DNA from: Thermomicrobiales bacterium
GTDB lineage: Bacteria > Chloroflexota > Chloroflexia > Thermomicrobiales > CFX8
Assembly (NCBI GenBank): GCA_023954495.1
Contig: JAMLIA010000007.1
Coordinates: 2,060-66,059, forward strand
Direction: 5' to 3'
DNA: 64,000 nucleotides
A program made the translations under genes and the position numbers. Shown here piece by piece: positions 32,745-43,314 of this stretch; the stretch's first letter is position 1, and the number at the start of each line of letters is the position of its first letter. A model generated the notes under the pieces. It searched no databases. It worked only from the letters and a program-made list of their open reading frames with translations, and had not been told where the DNA came from.

Positions 32745-34910
32745 ATGGTTCTCTCCAGACGCTTTTCGCGACGCGAGGTTCTCCGAATTGGTGGCGCAGC
32801 GACCGCGGCTGCGATGCTGCACGTGACACGCTGGCCATCGTTTGCCGGGGCGGCCGGTGCGCTCCGTTCGGAATGGCAGTTTGTGGACGGTCTGCCCACG
32901 TCTGGTGACTGGGAGTCACCAGTATTGCAGCCCGAATCGGGTTTCGACTCAGTTGACGTTTCATGGGATGCGGCGGCTAGCGACGACGAAGCGGTTGCCA
33001 TCGCAGTCCGAGTCGGCGCGAAGGACGGCAGCTGGTCCGACTGGATCACCCTGCACCCGGATCATCACGGCGACACCGGCACCGAAACGCGCCGCTACGC
33101 CGCGCCAATCCTCTCACAAGGTGTGTCCGCGCAGGTGCGCGTTTCCGTAGCCGACGGCACTGGCCTCCGCGAGATCGTCGTTGGAACACTCGACACATCG
33201 TCAACAGCGGTCGGCAGCGCAATGACAGCTGACCAGGCGGTTGCGCAAGCAATACTCATCAATGGCATGATCATCCCCCGCTCCGGCTGGGGCGCTGACG
33301 AGAAGTTGCGCTTCAAGGATCAGGATCCCACAGGTCCAATGATCTGGCCGCCGAGCTATGCTCCGATTGAGAAGATCATCGTCCATCACACGGTGACAGA
33401 AAATAACCCGCCCGATCCGCTAGCAAGCATTCGCTCGGTCTACTACTACCACGCCATCACCCGCGGCTGGGGTGACATCGGCTACAACTTCCTGGTCGAC
33501 TGGCAGGGACGCATTTACGAGGGCCGGTTCGGCGGGCCGAATGTTATCGGCGGGCACTCGCTGCAGTACAACAATGGCTCGATCGGCATCGCGCTGCTGG
33601 GAAATTTCGACGTCGCCAATCCGCCACAGGCGATGCTCGATGCCGTTGCATCAATCGTCTGGAATCGGGCACCGAATGTCGACGTCACCTCAGCCGCCGA
33701 TTTCCACGACCTCGAAGATTGCCCGAACCTGTGCGGCCACCGCGATGTCCTTTCGACATCGTGCCCCGGCGACCTGTGCTACCCGCTGCTCCCGAGATTG
33801 CGCGGGACGATCGCTGGTACTGGCCCGATCTATCTCGCGCCGCCGGTGCAACCAGCACCTCCACCGCCCTCGGAGCCTTCTCCGTCCATCTCGGGCGGCC
33901 TGGAGGTCGTCTCGTGTGAGATCGGGCCGGCGACCATCTACCAGGGCAATCTGCTTGAGGTGCGGATGCAGGTCCGCAACAGCGGCGGCACGACGATCCG
34001 GTCGGGCGGACCGGAGCCGGGCTTTATCTACGACGAGGGACAGAACTTCGACACAGCCGGTTATCCGAAAGTCGAAGGCGAATACCGCATCACGCTGCAA
34101 CAGCAGTCATGGACCGGCACGCCGAACCCGTGGCGCTGGGGACTTGGTGGCTCGCTTCCGGCGGGTGAAACGCGCACGATCACGGGCTTTGTCCGTCTGC
34201 GCTCGCTGGGCACCGATGAGTTTCGCGCTGCGGTTGTTCAGGAGTTCGTTGCCTACACGCACACCGGCCTCGCGCCAACTCGCGTCACCGTCGCCGCTCC
34301 GCCAGTCACGCCGGTCGCTCAGCAACGTGATCCGGGCACACGGTTCTTCGAGATCACCGGACACAACGTGCCATCCCAGTTTGCCGATTACTGGGACGCC
34401 AACGGCGGCGTTGAGCGCTTCGGCTATCCGCTCACCGAGGCATTTGTCGAGGTGTCCGAAACCGACGGTGGCAGCTATCTGACCCAGTATTTCGAGCGCG
34501 CTCGCTTCGAGTATCACCCCGAGTACATCGGCACCGATGATGAGGTGCTGCTCGGCCTGCTCGGAAGCGAGACAACGGTCAACCGCCGGAATGAACGCGC
34601 ATTCCAGCGTGTCACGCCGTTCACCTCGGACGCCGATCATGGCTACTTCGACAAGACCGGCCACAGCCTGTCGAACGCGTTCAAGGCGTTCTGGGAGCGC
34701 AATGGCGGATTGCCAGTCTTCGGTTATCCAATCTCGGAAGAGTTCCGCGAGCAGTCCGAAACGGACGGTAAGGAACACATCGTCCAGTATTTCGAGCGCA
34801 ATCGGTTCGAGTACCATCCCGACTACGCCGGAACGAAGGACGAGGTCATGCTCGGCCACCTCGCGCGTGAGGTCCTCATTCGCCGCGGCTGGATCAAGCG
34901 CGACGAGTAG
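32745..34910 (+). CDS. Secreted N-acetylmuramoyl-L-alanine amidase (Amidase_2/PGRP) with C-terminal repeat modules
   Basis: Tat-like signal SRRFSRREVLRIGGAATAAA. Amidase_2 core IIVHHTVT...WGDIGYNFLVD...GHSLQYNNGSIGIALLGNF...CGHRDV..TSCPGD. Two 100-aa-spaced repeats at the C-terminus. Confidence 0.88.
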   Translation: MVLSRRFSRREVLRIGGAATAAAMLHVTRWPSFAGAAGALRSEWQFVDGLPTSGDWESPVLQPESGFDSVDVSWDAAASDDEAVAIAVRVGAKDGSWSDWITLHPDHHGDTGTETRRYAAPILSQGVSAQVRVSVADGTGLREIVVGTLDTSSTAVGSAMTADQAVAQAILINGMIIPRSGWGADEKLRFKDQDPTGPMIWPPSYAPIEKIIVHHTVTENNPPDPLASIRSVYYYHAITRGWGDIGYNFLVDWQGRIYEGRFGGPNVIGGHSLQYNNGSIGIALLGNFDVANPPQAMLDAVASIVWNRAPNVDVTSAADFHDLEDCPNLCGHRDVLSTSCPGDLCYPLLPRLRGTIAGTGPIYLAPPVQPAPPPPSEPSPSISGGLEVVSCEIGPATIYQGNLLEVRMQVRNSGGTTIRSGGPEPGFIYDEGQNFDTAGYPKVEGEYRITLQQQSWTGTPNPWRWGLGGSLPAGETRTITGFVRLRSLGTDEFRAAVVQEFVAYTHTGLAPTRVTVAAPPVTPVAQQRDPGTRFFEITGHNVPSQFADYWDANGGVERFGYPLTEAFVEVSETDGGSYLTQYFERARFEYHPEYIGTDDEVLLGLLGSETTVNRRNERAFQRVTPFTSDADHGYFDKTGHSLSNAFKAFWERNGGLPVFGYPISEEFREQSETDGKEHIVQYFERNRFEYHPDYAGTKDEVMLGHLAREVLIRRGWIKRDE

Positions 34911-34960
34911 GCTGACTCCTCTCTCCCGGTGTCGGTACAATCCGTCGCCGGGAGGGCAAT

Positions 34961-35680
34961 GTGAGTCAGCAAGTTCACGATGTCATCGAACAGATCGAAG
35001 AGCACGCCCACGAGATGACCGTGCCGCCACAGGAGGCGGCGTCACGCGGTCGTGGGGTGCTGCTCGTGGCGCTTCTCGCGCTCGGCGCGTTTGTCTCGCT
35101 GCTCATCGCTGTGCGGCGCAACCCACGGATGGAGCGCGATGTCGTCGTCACACTGCGCATGCAGCGAATCCGCCACCCCGCCCTCTCGCGCATGCTGCAC
35201 ATCATCTCGTGGCCGGGGTTTCGGCCCCAGTCGTTGATCCTGCCCGGCGTCGCCACCAGTAGCGTCTGGCTGATGGGCTTCCGGCGCGATGCACGCTACA
35301 TGGCCGCCGCCTGGCTGGCGTCGATGCTTTCGTTCACGACCAAGCTGCTGATCCAGCGCCCGCGTCCCGGCGGTGACGGCATCCAGGTCACAGAAGCAAA
35401 GCTGCGCGATTCGAGCTTCCCAAGCGGTCATGTTCTGCATTATGTCTGCTTCTGGGGCTTCTTCGCCTACCTGTGCTTCACGAAGATTCGTGGGCGCTGG
35501 TCGCGCTGGACACCGACAGCGGGGATCGCTTCGTTCATCAGTCTGGTCGGGCCGTCGCGCATTTACCTTGGGCACCACTGGCTGACCGACGTGTTGGCCA
35601 GCTATTCGCTCGGCACAGCATTTCTGGCGTCAATGATCGGTCTGCATCGGCGCCATGACGTCGATGCAGACCAGCAGTAG
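34961..35680 (+). CDS. PAP2-family phosphatase (membrane)
   Basis: KLLIQRPRP...SFPSGH...SRIYLGHHWLTD, the tripartite PAP2 motif. Confidence 0.85.
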   Translation: MSQQVHDVIEQIEEHAHEMTVPPQEAASRGRGVLLVALLALGAFVSLLIAVRRNPRMERDVVVTLRMQRIRHPALSRMLHIISWPGFRPQSLILPGVATSSVWLMGFRRDARYMAAAWLASMLSFTTKLLIQRPRPGGDGIQVTEAKLRDSSFPSGHVLHYVCFWGFFAYLCFTKIRGRWSRWTPTAGIASFISLVGPSRIYLGHHWLTDVLASYSLGTAFLASMIGLHRRHDVDADQQ

Positions 35681-35695
35681 GCGATCACGCGGCTG

Positions 35696-37504
35696 CTAGC
35701 GCCACGGTGGCAAAGCGCCATATCGCCAGGTGTAGTAGGCGCGTCCGACGTTGCCCATTTCGATCTGCCACTCCGGCGCGTTGTCGGGCGTGAAGGTGAG
35801 CAAGCGACGCTCGAAGGCCTGCACGAGCACCCATGTCTGGACACCCGCCAGATTCGTGCGCACCCAGTACGGCTCGGTCAGCGGCAAGCCCACGCTCATC
35901 ATCCAGTCGTTTGGCAACGACGCAAGGTAGTCATCAAACACAGCCGCGATGTTGTGGCCCAGCGTCGGTTCGTACGATCCATAGGTCGCTAGCTGCGCCA
36001 GATTCCCCAGATTCCAGACCGAGCCATCGGCACTCAGGACTTCGCTGATTCCGCGTCCGGCACGCGCGGGCGCTGAGCGATCCTGCTCGATCGAGGCGAC
36101 GCTTCGCAGGCTGGCGTAGGTGGGGGCATCTCGGTTGTACGGCTTCTCGTCTCCGGCCAGCGGGACATCAGCCGAGCCGATGTTGATGAACAGATCATCG
36201 CCCACCTGCGCCTTGCCAAAGATCATGTCGCGGACCAGCAGACCAGCCGTCACGTGGGACGCACTATCGCCGGTCGCGTCGTTGACCTCCATGCGTGCCT
36301 TGTCGAAATAGTAGGACTGGCGGTCGCCGTTCGAGGACTCCTCGTACTGCTCGTTCTTCGCCAGCCAGGTGTCCGGCCCCCACAGCCAGGTTCGCTGGAG
36401 ATCAGAGGTCGCCACCGGCCCGTCTGTCTCCCACCACAGCTGCTGCACCAGCGGATCTGCTGCGCGCAAGCCATCCGGCAACTGCTCGACCGGCACGACG
36501 ACAGGCGCTGGTGTTGGCAATGGTGTCGGCGACGGAGACGGTGCTGGCGCGACCGGCGCGAATCGTGACGCGCCAGGCAGGTCGAGTTCGTCATTGCCGG
36601 TCGTCGTCGTGAAGCTCCAGTCGCGGACGAACGGCTGGCCGTTCGCTGTGCCCTCGATGTGGACATCGTAGGTCGTTCCCTGGGAGAGCGGGTTGTTTGC
36701 CGCGAGCTGGATTGTCTGACGCGTCAGCCAGCCAGACCCAATCGACGAGAACGACGGGACTGCAACGCCTCCGGTCGACATGCTGGCTTTCGTGAGTGTT
36801 AGATCACCTGCGCCGAAGTACTTCAGCGTGATCGGATAACCGACCGGGAACGACGCGCCAGGGAACGGATTCGGCGCTTCGCCCTCGAACGAGGTTCCGA
36901 CACCAGTCGAACCCGCCGGTGGCCAGGCGGCCCACTCCGGGGTTGCCTGCTCATTCCATTTCTTCGTACCGAGGTCGATAATCTCAAACTTGATCTTGCC
37001 GTCGTTAACGGCTGCCAGACCAATGTCGGTATAGCGCGGATCAAGCAGCGTCAGACGGTGCCCGACGGTACCGATGAACCACTTTGTTGACCAGACCATC
37101 GAGCCGGAGATTCCTGCGTTTTCGTTGGCCCAGCCGTCGTACCCGGCGGCCTCAACGCGCTCCTGGAAGCTCTCGCCGGTGAAGCCGGGCCGCCCAACGG
37201 TTTCGTAGTGCAGACCCATGCCGGCCAACGACGGGTCGCCGAAGTTCTGCCGGTAATACTCGACATGCGCCTCGGCGGCTTTTTGCAACGCAGGGTCGAT
37301 CGTCAGTGGTGCGACGCCGAGCCAGCTGCGCCAGGTGTTGATCAGCGCGAGCGACTCGACAATCTGAGGGTCATTCTCCTGTGCGGCGCGAGTCGGTGCT
37401 GCTGCCAGGACAAGCCCGAGCAAAAGTACGGCGGTGGCAGCGATTGACAGCGCACGCCCGGGAGTGGCAAATGTATGCGTACGTTCGCACATAAACATCC
37501 CCAT
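35696..37504 (-). CDS. Secreted CAP/SCP-domain protein with large C-terminal extension
   Basis: Signal peptide after MGMFMCERTH... CAP-like core (NTWRSWLGVAPLTIDPALQKAAEAHVEYY…GHRLTLLDPRYTDIGLA). The upstream 197 codons of the 799-aa track ORF were discarded. Confidence 0.75.
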   Translation of the reverse strand: MGMFMCERTHTFATPGRALSIAATAVLLLGLVLAAAPTRAAQENDPQIVESLALINTWRSWLGVAPLTIDPALQKAAEAHVEYYRQNFGDPSLAGMGLHYETVGRPGFTGESFQERVEAAGYDGWANENAGISGSMVWSTKWFIGTVGHRLTLLDPRYTDIGLAAVNDGKIKFEIIDLGTKKWNEQATPEWAAWPPAGSTGVGTSFEGEAPNPFPGASFPVGYPITLKYFGAGDLTLTKASMSTGGVAVPSFSSIGSGWLTRQTIQLAANNPLSQGTTYDVHIEGTANGQPFVRDWSFTTTTGNDELDLPGASRFAPVAPAPSPSPTPLPTPAPVVVPVEQLPDGLRAADPLVQQLWWETDGPVATSDLQRTWLWGPDTWLAKNEQYEESSNGDRQSYYFDKARMEVNDATGDSASHVTAGLLVRDMIFGKAQVGDDLFINIGSADVPLAGDEKPYNRDAPTYASLRSVASIEQDRSAPARAGRGISEVLSADGSVWNLGNLAQLATYGSYEPTLGHNIAAVFDDYLASLPNDWMMSVGLPLTEPYWVRTNLAGVQTWVLVQAFERRLLTFTPDNAPEWQIEMGNVGRAYYTWRYGALPPWR

Positions 37505-37633
37505 TCCGTCTTCCCATGGCGGCGAATCATAACCTATTCGGACATGACTTTGCCGTTTCGAATGCATCACGATTTGCAGCAGATCACCTATCATGCAGCA
37601 ATCGTTCGCTCTCAAACGACTGGAGAACCGCAG

Positions 37634-38089
37634 ATGGCCCACCCAACCGACAACCGACACCCCGATCCTGCAAGCGACGCGGGACGCCACCCGGGCGGCT
37701 TCTGGGTGCAGCCCGAAGAGGCCGAAGGTTCCCCGAGGTTCGCCGCGTATTACTACTCGGTCGAAGCGTTGCCGAAGATCCAGCCCGCGCCGGGCGTCGA
37801 GATGAGCATGATGGTCGGCGGGGCAATGATGGCGAACTGGGTGCGCATCGAGCCCAACGCCGGCATTCCCATGCACAGCCACCCGCACGAGCAGCTCGGT
37901 CTGGTGCTCGAGGGCGAGATCGAAATGAGCATCGACGGCGATACGCGCATCTGCCGCCCCGGCGATGCGTACACCATTCCGGGCGAGATTCCGCATAGCG
38001 GCAAGGCCGGACCAAATGGGTGCCTCGTGCTGGATCTGTTCAGTCCACCACGCGAGGATTACATCGCTCAGGTATCGAAGCAGGGCTAG
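37634..38089 (+). CDS. Cupin domain protein
   Basis: GIPMHSHPHEQLGLVLEGEIEM...GDAYTIPGEIPHSG. GGAGAA precedes ATG 37634. Confidence 0.8.
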   Translation: MAHPTDNRHPDPASDAGRHPGGFWVQPEEAEGSPRFAAYYYSVEALPKIQPAPGVEMSMMVGGAMMANWVRIEPNAGIPMHSHPHEQLGLVLEGEIEMSIDGDTRICRPGDAYTIPGEIPHSGKAGPNGCLVLDLFSPPREDYIAQVSKQG

Positions 38090-38190
38090 CGCCAACGGGC
38101 AGTCCGGTTTAGCATGTTATGGTGATAGCGTGATGCCGGTCGGGGGCCGGTCGCGCAGTTCCGTAAACATGCCAGCACAGGGAGAGAGCC

Positions 38191-39318
38191 GTGGGCCAGC
38201 TCATTGTCGGCAGACCCGCTCCGCGACAATTCGTTGCCGTCTCTGCACCACTCGCGTTGACATCTGCCATTTCACTCGCGTTCCGCGCCGGATACGCGGT
38301 CGATCAGGAAGACTCCGCACTCGATCCGTGGCTCGTTGATGCCTGGCGCGGGTTGGATGAAGACCTGCGGCACGACCTCGACCTGCTCCTTGGTTTTTCT
38401 GGTCGCCTGCTCTACTACGTCGAGGAAATGCTGTTCGCGTTTGATGCGCTCGCCCCCGAGCAACTGAACGCCTCGTTTGACGATTACCTGTCTTTTCTCC
38501 GCAACCTGCCCGCGCAGCGCTTCAAGGACATGGCGGCGCGCAGCGTCGTCCGCGTCTATCGCGACCGCGGCCTCGCTGAGGAGCCGCCCGCGGACGATGA
38601 CCCGCACGACTGGCGTATGTTTTTGCGACCTGCCATCACCCGCGCCAACATAGACGAGGCCGTATCGCTGGTCATATCACCGGGGCAGTTGAAGCTGCGA
38701 ACGCTGGCCCTGCTTGAAGGCTTCTGGCGCGATGTGTTTGCGGACGAATATCGCGCCACCTTGCCCGACCTGCGCCGGGTCGTCCGCGTTGCGCAGACCC
38801 TGACGCATGGTAGTTCCGCGCAGCAGACGTTTGCAGAATTGACTGGGCACCGACTACCGGATGAAATCAGCAGCCGGCTGCGGGACGTCGATCAAGTGAT
38901 TTTCAGTCCTTCGACCCGCCTCGGCCAGTTCATCCAGTACGTCCTATATCCACCAGTACTCATCCTGTATTTCAATCCAGCGACAGTGATCGAGCGGCGC
39001 TCCGGCCAGGTCCGCATGCCGGTTGATGACGAGGCGCTCTCAACGACGCAACTGCTCGAAGGCTTCCGCGCGCTGTCCGATCCGTCGCGCATGCGGATCG
39101 TCGAGATGCTGCGTGATGGCGAACTCTATGCGCAAGAGATTGTGGCCCAGTTGGGCATCAGCCAGTCCGCCGTGTCGCGCCACCTCAGCACACTCGAATC
39201 GGCCGACCTGGTGACTGTCCGCCCGACGAACGGCATGAAGTACTACGCAATCTACCGTGAACGGCTGAACGCATTGGCGGCGCGGCTCGTGTCTCTTGCC
39301 GACAGTGCGCAAGGCTGA
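38191..39318 (+). CDS. ArsR-family transcriptional regulator with long N-terminal domain
   Basis: C-terminal wHTH LSDPSRMRIVEMLRDGELYAQEIVAQLGISQSAVSRHLSTLESADLV. The N-terminal domain is ~280 aa. Confidence 0.8.
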   Translation: MGQLIVGRPAPRQFVAVSAPLALTSAISLAFRAGYAVDQEDSALDPWLVDAWRGLDEDLRHDLDLLLGFSGRLLYYVEEMLFAFDALAPEQLNASFDDYLSFLRNLPAQRFKDMAARSVVRVYRDRGLAEEPPADDDPHDWRMFLRPAITRANIDEAVSLVISPGQLKLRTLALLEGFWRDVFADEYRATLPDLRRVVRVAQTLTHGSSAQQTFAELTGHRLPDEISSRLRDVDQVIFSPSTRLGQFIQYVLYPPVLILYFNPATVIERRSGQVRMPVDDEALSTTQLLEGFRALSDPSRMRIVEMLRDGELYAQEIVAQLGISQSAVSRHLSTLESADLVTVRPTNGMKYYAIYRERLNALAARLVSLADSAQG

Positions 39319-39348
39319 TCCGCCAGACCCGCCCGAGGGGGAGACCAG

Positions 39349-40293
39349 ATGACATCAGAGAACGCAACGCGCTGGCTAACGCCGGACATTGGCCTGATCG
39401 ATCTGTATTTTCAGGACACGCCTCATGTCATCGGCGCATATCTGCTGCCGACCGACGACGGCCTGGCCCTGATCGAGTGCGGCCCGTCGACGACATTAGG
39501 TGCGCTGGAGGCTGGCGTTCAGGCACTGGGTCACGATCTGGCGGATGTCCGACATCTGCTGGTGACGCACATTCATCTGGATCACGCCGGGGCGGCTGGC
39601 GTGTTGCTGGATCGTCTGCCGAACGCGCGGCTATACGTCCACGAAATCGGCGCGCCGCACATGGTTGATCCCGCGAACCTGGTGCGCAGCGCAACCCGCA
39701 TCTACACCGATCGAATGGATCTGCTCTGGGGCGAAATCCGGCCAGTTGATGCCAACCGGCTGCAGGTCGTCGCCGATAACGACGTGTTGACGCTCGGCGG
39801 TCGATCGCTGACCGCGCTGTACACGCCCGGCCACGCTTCGCATCACCTCGCATTTCATGATGCCACCAACAATTTCGTCTTCAGCGGCGATGTCGCCGGG
39901 GTTCGCATTCCGCCGGCAACAGAAGTCTGGCCGCCAACTCCGCCGCCGGACATCACGATCGAGGGCTGGCACACCAGCATCGACCGGCTGCGCGAGGTCG
40001 CGCCGGATCAGCTGCTGCTGACGCACTTCGGGCCGTGGAGCGATGTCGCGTCGCACCTTGACCAACTCAAAGCCAGACTCGATGAGTGGGTAGTGCTGGT
40101 CGAAGGCTGGGTGAAGGACGGACTCGACCGCGATGCGCTGATCGCGAAGCTGGCCGATACCGTGCACACCGAAATGGTGCAGCATGGCAGCGAAAACCTC
40201 GAAGCGATGTTTGAGCTGACGACACCGCACTGGATGTCGATCGACGGTCTCGTACGCTACCTGCGAAAGTCCGGCCGCATCAGCTCCGACTAG
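39349..40293 (+). CDS. MBL-fold metallo-hydrolase
   Basis: LLVTHIHLDHAGAAG (HxHxDH) and downstream His ligands (YTPGHASHH). Confidence 0.85.
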   Translation: MTSENATRWLTPDIGLIDLYFQDTPHVIGAYLLPTDDGLALIECGPSTTLGALEAGVQALGHDLADVRHLLVTHIHLDHAGAAGVLLDRLPNARLYVHEIGAPHMVDPANLVRSATRIYTDRMDLLWGEIRPVDANRLQVVADNDVLTLGGRSLTALYTPGHASHHLAFHDATNNFVFSGDVAGVRIPPATEVWPPTPPPDITIEGWHTSIDRLREVAPDQLLLTHFGPWSDVASHLDQLKARLDEWVVLVEGWVKDGLDRDALIAKLADTVHTEMVQHGSENLEAMFELTTPHWMSIDGLVRYLRKSGRISSD

Positions 40294-41725
40294 CCGTGTC
40301 GAGAGCAGGCCAGCAGGTGCCCTGCTTCAGGATCGCTGACGACGGATACCAGCGTTCGCGGATGTTTCCCACGAGATACAGCGAGCCGGTCACGATCACA
40401 AGGTCGTCATCGTGTGCACGCCCCAGCGCCGCACTGATGGCAGCCTGCGGATCGGGGATGACGAGCGTTTCGACATCACCGGGCGCTTCGGCGGCGATCT
40501 CGTCGGCGTCCATCGCCGGCTTGGCCAGCACCTGCGGCATAGATGCGATAACGAGATCGGCCAGAGGCGCGAGCGCGCCGATCATCTCGCGGTGCGACTT
40601 TGACTCCAGCGCGCCGAACACGACGATCTTGCGCCGCCCCGGGTAGATCAACTGCAGGTTGTGGACGAGTGACGCCACCTTGTCCGGGTTGTGCGCGCCA
40701 TCCAGCAATACGAGCGGATTCTGCTGCACAACCTCCATGCGACCCGGGAAGCGCGCATCGGCAAGTCCACTCCGGATTGCGTCCATTGTGAGCCGGTCAC
40801 CCGCAAATTTGCGAGCGATCTCGACAGCCATCGCTCCGTTGCTCGCCTGAAACTCGCCCGGCAGCTCCACTCGCAGCCGCTCACCACTCGCAGCGTCAAC
40901 GAAGGACGTGCCGGTTGATTCAGTGCGCACGTCGCTGTAACGCTCGCCGTTGCGAATATGAACAAGCTCAACGCCGACGACGCGCGCCTCTTCTTCGATC
41001 ACAGCCAGCGATTCAGGATCGGTGACGCCGGTGACGGCAGTTGAACCGGGCTTGATGATGCCGGCCTTGTGCCAGGCGATCTCCGGCAGTGTCGATCCGA
41101 GCGTCACTGTGTGGTCCAGCCCGACGCTGGTGATCGCGGCGACATCCGGCTCAATCACGTTCGTCACGTCGAATCTGCCGCCCGCGCCAACTTCGATGAC
41201 ACCGACATCCACGTGCTCTTCAGCGAAGTAGCGCAGCACCATCGCGACCCAGAATTCACCGTAGTTCGGTCGCTCGTGCCCGTCAGCAACCCATGCCTCG
41301 ATGCTCTGACGCATGTCATCGACAAGGCGTTCGTAACGATGCGGCGCAATGAGTTGCCCGTTGATCTGCAGCTTCTCGGTCGCAACCTGCAAATAGGGCG
41401 AGACGTGCGTCCCGACGCGATACCCAGCGGCGGACAGGATTGATGATGTCAGCGTCGTCGTCGAACCTTTGCCGGATGTCCCGGTGATGTGGATCGTTCG
41501 GTAGGTACGCTGCGGATTCCCGAGGTACTCCAGAAACGCGCGCAGTCGCGCCAGCCGCGCAACAGCTCGCGCCCGGATCTCGGCAGGTGGCGTGCCGGGC
41601 GGTGGCGATGGCGGACCGAAGATCAAACCGTTGACGTACTGTTCGGCACGCGCATATGCCGCAGCAGCGTCATCCACCGCCGCAACCGCCTGCGATACGT
41701 CCCGAGAATCGTCGTTCACGCCCAC
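40280..41725 (-). CDS. folC: Folylpolyglutamate synthase / dihydrofolate synthase
   Basis: HITGTSGKGSTTTLTSSIL P-loop and Mur-ligase family landmarks. The start may be GTG 41719 instead. Confidence 0.88.
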   Translation of the reverse strand: MGVNDDSRDVSQAVAAVDDAAAAYARAEQYVNGLIFGPPSPPPGTPPAEIRARAVARLARLRAFLEYLGNPQRTYRTIHITGTSGKGSTTTLTSSILSAAGYRVGTHVSPYLQVATEKLQINGQLIAPHRYERLVDDMRQSIEAWVADGHERPNYGEFWVAMVLRYFAEEHVDVGVIEVGAGGRFDVTNVIEPDVAAITSVGLDHTVTLGSTLPEIAWHKAGIIKPGSTAVTGVTDPESLAVIEEEARVVGVELVHIRNGERYSDVRTESTGTSFVDAASGERLRVELPGEFQASNGAMAVEIARKFAGDRLTMDAIRSGLADARFPGRMEVVQQNPLVLLDGAHNPDKVASLVHNLQLIYPGRRKIVVFGALESKSHREMIGALAPLADLVIASMPQVLAKPAMDADEIAAEAPGDVETLVIPDPQAAISAALGRAHDDDLVIVTGSLYLVGNIRERWYPSSAILKQGTCWPALDTASRS

Positions 41726-41835
41726 TCCACCATCTCACTCATTCTGCCGGCCTCTTTGCTGATTGTACTGGCGTTCCAGCCATTCAGACGGTCCAGACCG
41801 TATACTTACTCTGCACACGAGCAAAGGAGCTCGCG

Positions 41836-43245
41836 ATGTCTTCTACACCACGACGTCAAGCTACAAGCCAGCATCGACGCAACGTTGCCCGCAGTATGAT
41901 CGGGGCAGTCGCTGCCATGCTCGGGCTCCTCATTCTTCTGGCCTCTCCTGCCGCTGCTGACTCGCAGACGCGCGTCGGAAAGTTGCGCATCGACGGAACA
42001 ATCACGCCGGTCATGGCGACCTACGTCGGACGTGGCATCGATCGTGCCGCCGAGCGCGGCGATCACGCGATCATCATCGAGATGAACACGCCAGGCGGGC
42101 TCTCGTCAGCCATGGACGATATTGTCAGCGACATTCTGAACGCACCTATTCCCGTGATCGTCTGGGTCGCGCCGGACGGAGCGCGAGCGGCGTCAGCTGG
42201 TGTCTACATCACCTATGCCGCGCACGTCGCCGCGATGGCGCCGGCGACCAACATCGGTTCGGCGACGCCGGTGCAGATCGGCGACGACGGTCAGGTCAGC
42301 GACACGCCGACGGCAATGGAGCGCAAGATCGTCAACGACGCAGTCGCCAAGATCCGTTCGCTCGCCGAGCTTCGCGGACGTAACGGTGACTGGGCGGAAG
42401 ACTCCGTCCGCGAGGCGGCGAACGTCCGCGCCAGTGAGGCAGTCGAGCTCGGCGTCGTCGATTTCATTGCTGCGACGCAGGACGAGCTCCTTCAACAGGC
42501 TGACGGCATGACGGTCGCCGTCGCCGGACAGCAGGTCACACTCACGACCGCCGATGCACAGGTCGCGACGATCGACATGTCGTTCTTCGAGCGGCTGCTC
42601 CAGGTACTGACCGATCCGAATATCGCCTACATCCTGCTGAGCCTCGGATCACTGGCGATCATCTTCGAGATCGCCAATCCGGGTGGCATTGGTCCGGGAG
42701 CAATCGGCGTCATCCTGCTGCTGGGCGGCTTCTACGGCCTCGGCACGATCAACTCGAACTGGGCCGGACTGGCCTTGATGGTCCTCGCCTTCGTGTTGTT
42801 TGCACTTGACGTCTTCCTGACGACGCACGGCGTGCTGACGATAAGCGGTGTTGCTGCGTTCCTGTTCGGCTCGTTGCTGCTCTCCAACACGCGCAACCCC
42901 GACGTGCTGAACGTGTCGCGCAACGTGATCTTCGCGATGACGGCAATGGTTACGCTCTTCTTCGCCTTCATCGTGACGGCGGTCGTCCGAATCAGAAAGA
43001 AGCCAGCGGTGACCGGAACGCCGGCAATGGTTGGCACAGTCGGAGTTGCGCGCACCAACCTGCGCCCGACGGGCATGGTGTTCATCTTCGGCGAGCTGTG
43101 GCAGGCACGTTCGGAGTCCCCTGTCGAAAAAGGCGAATCTGTGTGCGTGGTCGCCATTGAAGGATTGGAGCTTCTCGTCGCACCGGTTGAATCAGAATCC
43201 GGCAGCACACCGCCCGTTGCACCAAGCCTGAACCCGAGCAGCTAA
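41836..43245 (+). CDS. NfeD-family membrane-bound serine protease
   Basis: ClpP-like N-domain (IIIEMNTPGGLSSAMDDIV…ARAASAGVYI), TM helices and a C-terminal OB-like domain. AAGGAG precedes ATG 41836. Confidence 0.85.
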   Translation: MSSTPRRQATSQHRRNVARSMIGAVAAMLGLLILLASPAAADSQTRVGKLRIDGTITPVMATYVGRGIDRAAERGDHAIIIEMNTPGGLSSAMDDIVSDILNAPIPVIVWVAPDGARAASAGVYITYAAHVAAMAPATNIGSATPVQIGDDGQVSDTPTAMERKIVNDAVAKIRSLAELRGRNGDWAEDSVREAANVRASEAVELGVVDFIAATQDELLQQADGMTVAVAGQQVTLTTADAQVATIDMSFFERLLQVLTDPNIAYILLSLGSLAIIFEIANPGGIGPGAIGVILLLGGFYGLGTINSNWAGLALMVLAFVLFALDVFLTTHGVLTISGVAAFLFGSLLLSNTRNPDVLNVSRNVIFAMTAMVTLFFAFIVTAVVRIRKKPAVTGTPAMVGTVGVARTNLRPTGMVFIFGELWQARSESPVEKGESVCVVAIEGLELLVAPVESESGSTPPVAPSLNPSS

Positions 43246-43314
43246 CGCACTGCGCTGCGAGGAAACCGGCCCGACAATTGCGTGAATTCGAGTTATGTTA
43301 GGAGCAGGTCAACA

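Noticed and set aside
33472-34482. 336-aa plus-strand off-frame ORF, plus a 277-aa minus-strand ORF (34107-34940), inside the amidase gene.
   Set aside because: Both are Arg/Ser/Ala-rich shadows. The 721-aa frame carries the Amidase_2 motifs and the repeat modules.
37505-38095. N-terminal 197 codons of the 799-aa minus-strand track ORF.
   Set aside because: This stretch is antisense to a good cupin gene (37634-38089) and is His/Arg/Ala-rich. A signal peptide begins only at the internal MGMFMCERTH (ATG 37504).
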